The notes: a model not told the origin generated them from the sequence alone. A stretch of 63,760 nucleotides of DNA, filler included, from Octopus bimaculoides (GCF_001194135.2; 7 parts of 5 records of this genome joined end to end with filler, not necessarily neighbours in it), one strand, 5' to 3'; shown: positions 13,490-26,534, numbered from the whole stretch's first letter. Translations and numbers: made by a program.

Positions 13490-14100
13490 TGGAGGGGCTC
13501 TAACTTGACAGCTGACTTGAAATAATGGGAAGTTGGGGCCGTTATATAATATGTGGATGTGTGATAGGTAGTTATGATGAAATAGTTGGACAATTTGAGA
13601 GGTGAAGAGACTGCTATGATTTGGGAGATATTAGGTTTGGATTCAAACCCTTAGTGGTAAATAACAAAAACTTGTGGAGTTAGATATGTCGAATAGCTGC
13701 TAGCACATATAGGACGTATTCAGCTACCAGTTGACTCCCTGTTGCTTTATTTTGGCCGGAGGGGCAAGCCGTTTTCCTCTGGAGGCTTTGTGATGGACAC
13801 GATTGAAAGGTCTGAAGCCAGACTCTTTTCTTTTCGGCTAAGCCCTAATCGACTTTTTCAAGTTCCACTTAGAAAGGAAAGTGAGGGTGGAAAGGGTGGT
13901 GGTGTCCTNNNNNNNNNNNNNCCCCCCCCCCCCCTAGTAAATTTGTCAAATGGTGAGGGTGGTACAAGTGCATGGACCTACTTTAAGGTTGGGCTTGTAG
14001 GCCGAAAACTACAGAAGGAAGAACACTTGCCATGGTGCTCCTGGTGAGCAGGGTTATTCGGGATTTGTGGGGTTCCTTCGTTAGCCTAGAAGTCTTGTAT
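13490..14100 (-). mobile_element. Possible highly decayed Penelope-like RT remnant
   Basis: Weak motifs only: LASDLSIVSITKP (cf. L.D..IVIKPADKG) and LPITHPH..RPQLPIISS (cf. LPKIHK..RPIIS). Confidence 0.3.
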
Positions 14101-14946
14101 CAGGAGGATCATATCATTATCTTTTATCTTTTCTTTTACTGGTTTCAGTCACTAGACTGGGGCCATATTGGGGCACAGCCTTGAAGAATTTTAGTCGAAC
14201 AAATAGATCCAAATACTAATTCTTTTTAAAATCTGGTACTTATTTATCGTTTCTTTTGCNNNNNNNNNNNNNNNNNNNNNNNNNNNNNNNNNNNNNNNNN
14301 NNNNNNNNNNNNNNNNNNNNNNNNNNNNNNNNNNNNNNNNNNNNNNNNNNNNNNNNNNNNNNNNNNNNNNNNNNNNNNNNNNNNNNNNNNNNNNNNNNNN
14401 NNNNNNNNNNNNNNNNNNNNNNNNNNNNNNNNNNNNNNNNNNNNNNNNNNNNNNNNNNNNNNNNNNNNNNNNNNNNNNNNNNNNNNNNNNNNNNNNNNNN
14501 NNNNNNNNNNNNNNNNNNNNNNNNNNNNNNNNNNNNNNNNNNNNNNNNNNNNNNNNNNNNNNNNNNNNNNNNNNNNNNNNNNNNNNNNNNNNNNNNNNNN
14601 NNNNNNNNNNNNNNNNNNNNNNNNNNNNNNNNNNNNNNNNNNNNNNNNNNNNNNNNNNNNNNNNNNNNNNNNNNNNNNNNNNNNNNNNNNNNNNNNNNNN
14701 NNNNNNNNNNNNNNNNNNNNNNNNNNNNNNNNNNNNNNNNNNNNNNNNNNNNNNNNNNNNNNNNNNNNNNNNNNNNNNNNNNNNNNNNNNNNNNNNNNNN
14801 NNNNNNNNNNNNNNNNNNNNNNNNNNNNNNNNNNNNNNNNNNNNNNNNNNNNNNNNNNNNNNNNNNNNNNNNNNNNNNNNNNNNNNNNNNNNNNNNNNNN
14901 NNNNNNNNNNNNNNNNNNNNNNNNNNNNNNNNNNNNNNNNNNNNNN

Positions 14947-15028
<82 letters not shown>
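14947..15028. repeat. (CAT)n microsatellite
   Basis: Directly visible next to an N gap. Confidence 0.95.
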
Positions 15029-16799
15029 TATTATTCGCTAGGTGAAGAGGATTGTTGTCTATGACCTTTTCACCACCCCCAGACTGATGAGGTCAGTGCA
15101 ATTGACGTTCCATTTGAACTTCTGTAGGTTGGTGTCTGTGTAGGGAAAACGGGTAGAAAAGGAATTTCAGATAATTTCAGCTCTGGAAGGATGGTTGAGT
15201 AAAGTCTTTAGTGAATGGTTTTGTAGTGTGACGCATTTTAGAGACGAGAAACGGGTGTAGCGGAGTGGGTGTGGATGGTAGTAGTACTCAGCTTGATATT
15301 TCAGAGGAGAAGTCGCTGCAAGATGAAGCAAAAAATGCTGGTGAATGGGTCTTCGTCATTTAGGACGACATTTTTTTATAGCAAGTCTTTAGAATGTTTG
15401 TGGTTAGAGTAGAAATAGCCGCTACTACCACCGCCGCAGCAGTAGCAGCAGCGGTATACTAAATATGTGAGCATATGTCAGCAACTGATTTCGGCCGAAA
15501 CATTTTCTGGTTTTGATAAAGAAGTCCAGCCTTTGGGAATGCTGTATTTTATCTCTGTGTAGCTTCAAAGATAGAGTAGCATTTATGGAATTTTATGTTT
15601 GTTGATAAGTGAAAGAGTATAATGCAAAAGGTTTTCTTGATAACGCATATTGATTGCGTTAAAGGAAACTGCGTTGTCATGTTTTATTGGAAAACATTTT
15701 CGAAATGTGTTTTCATAGAAACAGTAAAAGTCTACCACGGAACTGTTAAAACTGTATTTAGATATCGCTTCCCGCGGGAAATTAAGGAGGAGTTACGTTT
15801 GTGTCGGAGAGTGTGTGGTTAGAAGTCAGAGCATGTAGGTCTTCAATGAAAGAAGGAAGAATGAGAGACATGATCAAACTCCGACATACACAGTAATTAA
15901 TAAAATGTGGGATGGAGAAATTCTCCATCCTAGAGAAGACCCTAATCAAGAAATTAGGGGCGGACTGATAGGCAAGTAAAAATAGGTTGGTCAAAACGTC
16001 ATGATCTTCGAGGTCTGATCAATTGACTTGCAGATAAACAATCGCAACAGTAACCTTAACAGTAATCTCTTGTAAGTTTTAATTGGATGACGTCAGGAGT
16101 TAAATCTGCTTTGGCATAATAGGAATGAATAATGTGTATCACGCCATTCGTGTCATGTTGTGCATGACAGATCAATATCAGATGTCAGTATTTTAGTCCT
16201 TCGAACGATCTTGTAAAGATAAGATGTCAGTGATACAGCTTGTTAATGTGAAAATAATGGTTGTAGTGATGATGCTAATAGTAGCTGTAGTCTTCATGCT
16301 GGTAATGGTAGTGGTTAATGGTGATGTAGGTGGCGATGTGTTTTGATGGTGTTGATTTTAGTGAGTAAGTTGGTGGTAGTGAATGTGGTGGTGGTGGTCG
16401 AGACGATATAGTTAATTATGGTTTTATTAATAGACTGTGATTATGTGATAGTAATATGGAGGTGGGAGATGGGGACAATTGTGGCTGTTGTACTGTTGTT
16501 ATTGCATACTGCTAAGTCAGCTCTGATGGAGTAGCCCGAAAACTTATTGCACGCAGGTCGGCTGTTGTTGTTGTTTAGCCCCTGGTCTGCCTTAATCGAG
16601 CAGGATGATGTTCAAAGCCATTTCAGTCATGATCATCTCGTTTTCTTCCTAGTGGAAGGAATCCAAGACCACCTTACCCAGCGTATCCTCTCTAAGATGG
16701 ATAGGATGTAGTCTGAAAGATTTGGCAGCTAATTCTTGCAAGTTGAGCAGCCACATAGAGGCTCTCCGGTCAAATAATTAGGTGTGACCCTCAAAGCCA

Positions 16800-17700
16800 G
16801 TGTTGGGCGTATACCACATCCCTTTCTAGTATAGGACCAGACAGCACACAGTGATATGCAACAGTTTATCGTATCGAGAGTTCAATGACAGTCTGCGTGT
16901 GTTGCTTTTCTTCCTCCAGTTTCATTATGGAAATTTATAGATTCTGGTAGTGACCACAGTGGAACCAGGCAATGTGGACTCTAAGTGCAACAGATTTTAT
17001 TCTATTCCACCGATCATCATTGTTGTGCGACTCACCACAGTGTTTGTGGAGCAAATGAAATTAATAGTGCTGAAGTCATTATTATGTGTGTGTATTATTG
17101 TGTGACTTTGTCTGGACAGAATAGCATGATGAGTTAACAATATTGTGGGGTGTTATTACTGTATCTGAGGAGATATGCCAGAAACTGTGATCAGAAACTG
17201 GCTACAACAAAGAACTCTTAGGTTTGTGTATCTATAGATGTTCTTTCATTTTCCATATTTTTATTCCATGTACAGATTGTTTGTTTAGCACCAAGTCAGA
17301 CCTGATTAAGCAAGCTTATGATCGAAAGCATTCCACTCATGACCATCTGTCTTTTATGGAGACGTAATGTAATTAGGGCTTCACTATCCAAAATGCTTTT
17401 CTTTTAAGACGGTGAAAGAGATTTAGTTGATGTTTCTAGCAAGTCAAGCGGCCACATAGAAGTTCCCACGTTAACTCCATGTGTACGCAGTCTATGATTG
17501 TAGTATGGGTGAAGCGTGTAATGATGTTAAACGTAGTCTTGAATTCAGTTTCACGGCACAGGATTTTGGACACGCGTCCTCTACTGTAGCCCCGGTACAA
17601 CTAACGCTTTGTAAGTGAATTTGATAGACAAACACTGAAGAAGCCCGTCTCGAATATGTGCGTGTATCTGTGTTTGTCCATATTCCCACCGCTTGACAAC
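16800..17700 (+). mobile_element. Decayed 3' portion of a Penelope-like (Naiad-type) element
   Basis: 16922-17005 translates SLWKFIDSGSDHSGTRQCGL*VQQILFY and aligns by eye to the C-terminal W..G.K.C.LC..E.LF segment at 59991-60224; hammerhead-like motif downstream. Confidence 0.4.
17627..17678 (+). ncRNA. Degenerate type I hammerhead ribozyme motif
   Basis: Stem I gacaaaca/tgtttgtc (8 bp), CTGAAGA 17635-17641, 1-bp stem II, GAA(A missing), stem III, ATC triplet. Confidence 0.5.
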
Positions 17701-18546
17701 CGATGTTAGTTTGTTTACCTCCTCGCAACATTAGCGGTTCGGCATTAGAGACCGATAGAATTAGTACCAAACTTAAAAAGTAAGTCCTGAGGTTGATTAG
17801 TTTGACTAAAACCCTTCAAGGTAGTGCCCCAGGATGGCTGCAGTCTAGTGACTGAAACAAGTAAAAGATAACAGATAAAAGATATGTCTTGTTCTTTGCT
17901 ATTTTACCACAATTTGTTGCAAGACTAGCACAATCCATGAAGGATCTAATGGTTATACAATAATACTTTCTTTCTACTATAGGCATAAGGCCCGAAATTT
18001 TATTACCAGTGCTTGACTGGTAATAATGGCTTCAAATTTTGGCACAAGGCCCAACTGATACTTATTTTATCGACACCGAAAGGATGAAAAACAAAGTCGA
18101 CTTCAGCAGAATTTGAACGCAGAACGTAAAGACGGACGAAATGCCGCTAAGCATTTTGCCCGGCGCTTAAACAGCTCCGCTAGCTCGACGCCTTCCTTGA
18201 TTTGCTAATAATGGTTTCAAATTTTGGTACAAGGCTAGCAATTTCGGGGGAAGAGATAAGCCGATTACATCAGCCCTAGTGATCAACTGGTACTTATTTA
18301 TTGATAACAGGTAAATAATCATAGTATCGATGTTGACCGAATGCGGTGACTGTCAATGCTCTTGCAGTGTTTGTGTGCCATTTTCTTTCTTGACTGTCAC
18401 TGTGTACTGTGAAAAAAAAGAAGAGTCCTAAAGACGTGCTTTAGTAATTCCTAGTATTTTTTATCTTTTGAGGGTGCGCGGTTTGTGCTATTAATTGATC
18501 CCAAATCTGCTCAGGTTCCTGTATCAGCGACTACATTGTCCACTGT

Positions 18547-18598
<52 letters not shown>

Positions 18599-18893
18599 TC
18601 GTTGAAAATGATAGGGCGTATTTGAAGAACTTTCGTTCAGGCGACAGCGTAGAAGCTACTTCTTCATGTTGATGGTGATGACTGTGGCTCCGATGGCGTG
18701 ATTTCAGTACATACATACATACATACATACATACATACGTACAGTCACTCACACGCACACACACACGCACACACATACACACACACACACACACACACAG
18801 ACACACACACACAGACCGCGCACACAAAACACATACATGCATACGTACGTACGTACATACATACATGCATACATACACACAAACATACATACA

Positions 18894-18924
<31 letters not shown>

Positions 18925-19472
18925 TACAGTTTTTTGATATCTATCAAAACTTTTCATGAAAAGCCAATAAATTTTCATTAAAAGCCAGTAATGACTGGAT
19001 ATATATCAATATATCACTTGTCAAATGAATGCCAGAAAGGATTAGATAAAGCAATCTACCTAATTGTCGCACCCACACTCTTTAATATTTACAGAAGACA
19101 GAAGTAGCAACTTATCCTGCTAAGTTCTTCCGTATTGTTTTCTCGCTACTTGTTTTTTTCTTATCTTATATGTTTTTAACTATTGCGGCTTTCACGTTTC
19201 GATGTTGGTTGCAACGTGACTGGATTCATGTTTATCATCGTGATGACCAACAACATTCGCTGGCTCCCATCGTCACTGCTATGTATGTATGTATGTATGT
19301 ATGTATGCATGCATGCATGTATGTATGTATGTATGTATGTATGTATGTGTGTATGTATGTACGTATGTATGTATGTACGTATGTATGTATGTAGGTATGT
19401 ATGTATGCATGCATGTATGTATCTATGTGTGTATCTATGTATGTATCTATCAATATATATATATCTATATAT

Positions 19473-19572
19473 NNNNNNNNNNNNNNNNNNNNNNNNNNNN
19501 NNNNNNNNNNNNNNNNTTAATTAATTAANNNNNNNNNNNNNNNNNNNNNNNNNNNNNNNNNNNNNNNNNNNN
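19473..19572. other. Artificial 100-bp scaffold join (44N-TTAATTAATTAA-44N)
   Basis: Exact length, six-frame stop spacer; identical at 32790-32889, 35574-35673, 46149-46248, 55554-55653, 62538-62637. Confidence 0.95.
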
Positions 19573-19590
19573 AAGAAAGAAGGAAACAAA

Positions 19591-19635
19591 GGACCACTGA
19601 TGAGGTCACAGAAGTGTGACGAAAGAACTCTGGCC
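19591..19635 (+). ncRNA. Minimal type I hammerhead ribozyme motif (Penelope pLTR type)
   Basis: ggacca-CTGATGA-g-GTCACA gaag TGTGAC-GAAA-gaac-TC-tggcc. Confidence 0.65.
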
Positions 19636-19829
19636 GAAATAAGATTAAGATTAAGATTAATGTAATATAAAGCTGAAAAAAAAAAAAATTAACACCAAAT
19701 ATACAGTGCGTGTGTTTTTATTGGCTAAACTGGCAATATGACCATCCCCAAGTACAACAACATCTGTTTCAACACACGATTTCACATAAAAAATCTTGCA
19801 AAACAAATATATATATATATATATATAGA

Positions 19830-20135
19830 CTTATTCTTTGTAAGCTTAGTACTTATTCTATCGGTCTTTGCCTAATCACTAGGTTACGGGGACATAAACG
19901 CTCAAACATCGGTTTTCAAGCGATGGTGGTGGGACAACCGCAGACGCACAAAGATATACATATGTATATACGACGGGCTTCTTTTAGTTTCAGTCTACCA
20001 AATTCACCCACAAGGCTTTGGTAGGTCTGAGGCTATAGTAGAGAACACTTGCCCAAGATCACACGCTGTGGAACCGAACCTGGAAATATGTTGTTAGGAA
20101 ACAAGCCTCTTACCACACAGCCATGCCTGTCCCAT
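19830..20135 (-). mobile_element. tRNA-derived SINE (octopus OK/OR-like); further copies at about 14130-14260, 43655-43830, 44055-44320, 45870-46148, 50850-51020, 53150-53345, 57585-57970
   Basis: Minus-strand head ggcatggctgtgtggtaagaggcttg..ggttcggttccacagcgtg with A/B boxes; body matches the other copies. Confidence 0.8.
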
Positions 20136-20163
20136 ATATTTAAATATATTCATACACGCACAC

Positions 20164-20207
<44 letters not shown>

Positions 20208-20218
20208 ACACAAGTAAA

Positions 20219-21234
20219 TAAGTAACAAGGATGTCCAGATATCAATACATTACGGCCGTTTTCAGCAGCACCATTTAATCGATCATTGAAAACATTACAT
20301 CAATTTGAAAGAAACTGCTCTTCTTAGAAGTAGATGAACATACACATTTCCAATATTAAGGATAAACCATTTTTAACAAATTTCTATCAGTACCAGAAAC
20401 CAAAATAATTACATTGTTTCCTTATGTTATATTTGTGGCAGAATGTGTTTGGAAAAAAACTGCATGTATTATTTAGCCTACTATAATTTAGAGAGTAGCA
20501 GAGGAAAATAGTGGGGATCAAGAAGAATAGTGGTGAGAAGCCTTTTTATATTAAGAAGTTTTTATGCAGCATGTAGTCTACAACAATTTATAATTAAATG
20601 CATTGGGAGTAGTCAACTGTGTTTCTTGTTGACGGTGATAAATCAAATAATGTCAGACAATCTCCTAGACCCTTATGCTACTGGAACTATATATCTAGTT
20701 TTATCTACATAAAATGATATTTCTCAGAGCTGCTAGTAAGAGAATGATTGATGGGGAAAACACGATATCTATAAGAAGGAAGGATAGGGTTGGCCAATAC
20801 TTATTTAGATTATCATATAAAAAAAGGAATATAATGAAAACAAACAAACAAAACAGAAACAAAAGAGATAAGTAATATAAGCTCGAAGGTTGGGAATTAG
20901 AATTTGAGGATACGAGATATAGTAATTCATAACATAGCAAATTTATTTTATTAAATACACAAAGAATTATATAGGAAAAGGATGGAAATTAAACTTCCAT
21001 AAACGTATTCTTCTACAAATATAAAATAAGGAAACAATGTAATTATTTTGGTTTCTGGTACTGATATAAATTTGCTAAGAATAGTTTAACCTTTCTGTTG
21101 GAAATCTATCTGCTAATATTTTTTCGAGGAGAGCGGTTTCTTTCAACAATTGATGTAATGTTTTCATTGATCGTTTAAGTGGAACTCTTCGAACCGGCAG
21201 TAATGTATTCATACCTGAATATCCTTGTTACTTA
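20219..21234. mobile_element. Old foldback/MITE of about 1 kb with about 230-bp TIRs, TA-flanked
   Basis: TA-AGTAACAAGG...CCTTGTTACT-TA; arms 20219-20450 and 20997-21234 share long exact blocks such as atcagtaccagaaaccaaaataattacattgtttccttat. Confidence 0.8.
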
Positions 21235-21644
21235 TGTACATTCTGTTCACCTAACGTGGAGCTGAGCAGACTATACGGAACTGGCTTGGTGCCTCAATTT
21301 AAGTACCTCTTTCAACTGAATCTTAATTATTTATACATATATATATATATATATCTTCTTCAAATGATACGATATAATCCACCTATACTTTGAAACATCG
21401 AAGCCAACACCAACAACTCTTCACTTGAATGGGCCAAAATACCTCAACACGATTTCAAAATGTCATGACAGATCAGTGCTATTAACTTAGACATAGTGTG
21501 CATCAATCTGTGATCGAACCATATGTACGTTATCTAAATCCTTATATNNNNNNNNNNNNNNNNNNNNNNNNNNNNNNNNNNNNNNNNNNNNNNNNNNNNN
21601 NNNNNNNNNNNNNNNNNNNNNNNNNNNNNNNNNNNNNNNNNNNN

Positions 21645-21687
<43 letters not shown>

Positions 21688-22746
21688 CACATATGATACA
21701 TGAATATAACAAGATTCGGTTGAATAAGGCACTTAAAGTTGAGGGACCTGGTTAGCTGGGAATAAAATGCTCACACAACAATTATAGCTAAATAGAAATC
21801 TTGGTACAGAAGTAGTTACAATGATATTCGAGTGATGTATGCAGTTAATTGGGCCGAACCGAGTATATAATCACCATTTGACCTGTTCAGACATGTAAAT
21901 TCAATTAAATATAGAGTCGTTAATATACTTCGGAACACGCGAGGGACATGTTCCAAGAGAGGTAAATTAAAGATTAATAAGAAACAATTGATGGACATGT
22001 GTCAATTCATAACAGCAGTTTCTAACGTCGTTTTTAATGGATTAACGAGTGCATTATATCGTTATAAAAAAAAACCTTTATTCAACAGATGAATACAGGA
22101 ATTTTACAATGAAAAACGTGCCAGTAGTCGAATCACTTAATATATATATATGTGCCGTAGATTCTAGATTATTTTATGGTATATATATATATATATTATA
22201 TTCACCTCAGCAGAGCAGCTTTTGCAACAATATTAATAATAATAATAATTATAAGGAAAGAAAATTTTAAATGCGATACTATATCGAAGACAAGCGAAAA
22301 CAGAAAGTTCTCTCATTAGCGAATATTTTGTTGCTTTTTATATACTTACACAAATCAATCGAATTAAAAGCTATTTATATATACCAAAATTATGAAGCAG
22401 ACATTGCAGGCAAGGGAGATAAGTAGCTGCAGTAATTTATTAAAATCAATATCGGCTTCAAAGTTTGGTACATGCCCACAATTTCGGGAAAGTGAGGAGT
22501 AAGTCTATATACATTGTTACGCCACTTTTCAAATCATTAGAATTCGGCTTCATGACTCAGTACACATGCGCCCGCGTTCGATCACATCGCACACATACAT
22601 AGACACAAAAACACACACCACACGCACTTAACATTCAACACACACTTATATATGCACATATATATGTGTGTGTGTGTGTGTGTCTGATTTGGGAAATGTT
22701 TTCCACATGGAAGCATTAGAAGATTAGCAGCGTTGTTAATACACAA

Positions 22747-22789
<43 letters not shown>

Positions 22790-24263
22790 CATATAAGCAC
22801 TACTTATATTACATACAATATACAGTCAAGCAAGCACTAGTACTTAACAGTTTATCGCAGCATTATGATTCTCATAGATTCTTCGACATAGATTGCCACC
22901 AATATCATGATTTTAGCAAATGTATAAACCTTTTCGCAGCTCGGAGGTTTTTTTAGATTATACCCCAGACTGATAGCGTAATCCGAATTAGCGAATATTA
23001 CATTATCTTGGCTCTCATACATTACACACGTTAGCAGCGTCAGTGATGAATTATAACCCAATTCAGTATTTAATCAATATTTAATCAACACACAAGTTTA
23101 ATTAACGTTGCCACCTTGTTTAACACATGAACATAACATTTATATGGACGTGGTGTATATATGTGTGTATGTGTGCGTGTGTACGTGCGTGTGTACGTGC
23201 GTGTGTACGTGCGTGTGTTATATATATATATNNNNNNNNNNNNNNNNNNNNNNNNNNNNNNNNNNNNNNNNNNNNNNNNNNNATATATATACATACATAC
23301 GTCCATACACACACATATGTATGCATGCATGTAGTTAAACTATAGAAGCGTATATAATTATATTTCTATTACTTGCTAATCTCTCACATTATTTTAGGAA
23401 ATACAAAAGCAATATATTACATTCTACTCGATTTTACAGATTTGTATTTCTATTCTTGAATTTGTAGTCATGATATATTTGATAGGTTTGTTGCAATTTT
23501 TTCTTGCGATTTCATAAACATGGAATCCCGCAAAAACACTCTACGTATTTTACACGTTGTTAAATATAAGCGTAAATCCTCACATCGAGTAGTAGATACT
23601 GTGATGATAGAAACAGCAGTTTTAAATTCCACGACACGTGTAATTCATTCGACCACAGTGTTTAATTCTGTTTTTGCCGCCACACAAATATAACTTTTGC
23701 TGTACCAAAGCAATGTCAAAAAGCCCGTCTCCAAAGAACCACGCATTGTTGTTGAACTCCGGATACAATGATTGTTGGGTCCAGACAAAATTCTACAAAT
23801 GTAAATATTACACACATTCTTTCTTCTCCCAACATATTTGTGCATACTATTCAAAGTTGACATTTGCATTTAATTCACAATGATTTTTTTTTAATATTTG
23901 ATTTTATTACAATTCTTCTCATTTATGCCATGCAAAATCACATATTAATTTTTAAAATTTCCTCTTTATCAAATACCAGTGAATAGGCAACGTATTTATT
24001 CATCCTCAAGAAGTTTCATTCACACCTGTATACAGCTACTGAGTGGTTTATTCGCTGCCAGCTGTTACATTTACATTTAAATGTTGTCAACATGAAGAAA
24101 AGTGGGTTTATCTATCAACACGTCACAGTTCCCTCTGACCCGATCGATTGTTTGCAACATTTGATCACAATTTCATGCTTCTCTTAAGCTGGCTTGCTCT
24201 AGAAATGATAAATAATATGAATAGATATCAAAATAATTCGTTTATATTTTGATAAAATTATCT

Positions 24264-24312
24264 ATTATCATCATTATTATTATTATTATTCTTATTATTA
24301 TTATTATTATTA

Positions 24313-24382
<70 letters not shown>

Positions 24383-24398
24383 CATTATTATTATTATT
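24264..24398. repeat. (ATT)n microsatellite
   Basis: Directly visible. Confidence 0.95.
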
Positions 24399-24439
24399 GC
24401 CTTTGCAAAGCTTCTAACGCTGGAGATGTACTACAGTGT

Positions 24440-25345
24440 AAGCTGTTCACTATCAGTGAACTAAGGTAACACCTCTTATTTTTCGAGCACCTTCCTGGGT
24501 ATTCCAGCGGTTCCAAGCAGCGCTGTTTTCTACAAGTGCTCCACCCTTATTGCAGCCCTTATTTGTTCAACGTACTTCTCGAGAATTTTGCTCACTGTTC
24601 CCAGTGCTCCGACAATTATTGATACTGCTGCAACCATTTTCATCGACAACTGCTTAACTTCCCAAGCTAATCTGTCATATCTCTCGAATTTTCTTTCTTC
24701 CTTATCGCATACCTTGTTGTCAGCTGGGCATGCTATATTTATGATCCAGCATAGTTTGTTTTCTTTCTCAATTAAGACTGTATCTGGCTTCCTTTTTTCT
24801 AACTAATGGTCGCACTGAATCATAAAATCCCATAGGTTCTTTGCATTTCTATTTTTGACAATGCCTTCAGGTTTGTGGTCCTACCAATTTTTTGCTCTGC
24901 CAAGTCCATACTTGTTGCAGAGTGTCCAATGGACAAGCCTGGTTATATTGTCGTAGCGTCTATTATATTACTTCAGGTTTACTGGCGTACCTTGGCTGGT
25001 AATATGCCATACGGTTTCACCGTTTTGTCCACAGATTCTGCACTTATCATTTTCGGATGTGTTGTCTATTCTGTATCTTACGTAGTTTGTACTCAGTGCT
25101 TGCTCTGTTTCCGGTTTTTAACCACTTTTAGTCATCCACAGCTATCTTTTTTCTCTGTCTGTCTCGTCTTCAACATCCCTATGAAATTGACCATGCACTC
25201 TTTTCTTTACCCACCTATTTTCAGTTTCATTCGTTTTCAATTTCTTATATAATGCTTTATCTTTTCCATCTTCCATCTTACACAAGCCTGACGTTCCTTC
25301 TTCTAATAATAGCGGTTCTGTGGCATCTTTTTTACATACCTTTCT
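24440..25345 (-). mobile_element. 3' fragment of an R4/Dong-type non-LTR retrotransposon with restriction-like endonuclease
   Basis: DKCRICGQNGETVWHITS (CCHC-like), LWDFMIQCD..RKPDTVLI..IACPAD..KEERKFERY..L (RLE PD-D/E), IIVGALG, KTALLGT; multiple stops. Confidence 0.85.
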
Positions 25346-25609
25346 TCGAAGGTCATCACTGGTGACGAGAGCTAGTGCTACGGGATTTGCAGATGCGGAA
25401 CAGGTAATGTAAAAAAATAGCGGAAGCGTTTAAAGGTATCATTTCGCAAGGGTTCCAGCTCTCTTTCCAACCGTAGAAAACGCGTATGGAGCGATAATTT
25501 GTTTCAAATGGAGAATACTTTGAAGGCAATAAACGTGTAAACATGTTAAACTAAATGAATAAAATAATATTACAAAATTCCGGTATCATTTGAGTACTCT
25601 CTCTTATAA

Positions 25610-25750
25610 GTGGATGCGCGTGGCATGATCGCAGGATTGTGGTTTCAATTCCTGGACCGGGCGACGCGTTGTGTTCTTGAGCAAAACACTTCATTTCACG
25701 TTGCTCCAGTCCACTCAGCTGGCAACAATGAGTAAAGCTGCGATGGACTC
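25610..25750 (+). mobile_element. tRNA-derived SINE 5' fragment
   Basis: gcgcgtggc..ggtttcaattcctggacc, then gagcaaaacacttcatttcacgttgctccagtccactcagctgg; related minus-strand copy at 45300-45480. Confidence 0.65.
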
Positions 25751-26455
25751 CCTCTTATATATAGAATGCTTCAATTATACCATCACTTAAGGAATGAATG
25801 CGACATCTTTATTTTAAACATTTCTTCTCTGACTTGCCTGGAGATTTGCTGGAAAATTTGAAGCGTTACAGTTTCCTCGTAGTAATATGTAAAATATATA
25901 GGGAAACCTCAAAATTTGCGACAAGCACAGAACAAAATATTTCATTTCTCTCGCTGCTCCTGTCTTCAGGGACTGCGACACGGCATTCAAATCCATCTCA
26001 AGAAAGAAGACAACCGAATTATATAGTGCACCGGAAATTGTAAATACAAGGCTCCCTTTACCTGATCTCTACTAATCTTACTAAAATATAAGCGATAGGC
26101 GTCACTATATATCATTACTGTGCCTATCAATTCGTGATTCTACATTGTGAATGAGATATCTGTATTTTAATAGGAAAACTTTCACTGAAGAATCCTAAAA
26201 ACTTATGAACTTATCCATTACGCACTTAAACTGTCAAAACACATCATTCTAGATTGGACATTCGAGCGATTATCGAATGTCGACTTGCATCTATCTTTAC
26301 TAACTGCCTATCTGTCGTATATCTAACCAAACACTCAAAACCTATTACAGAAATGTGCATGGGCTTGCACGAATACTTCTCGTTGAATGTTCACCTATAT
26401 TGCATATATACCAATGATAAATATGTCTCTCTCTTCCTCTCTCTCTCTTTCTCTT

Positions 26456-26534
<79 letters not shown>

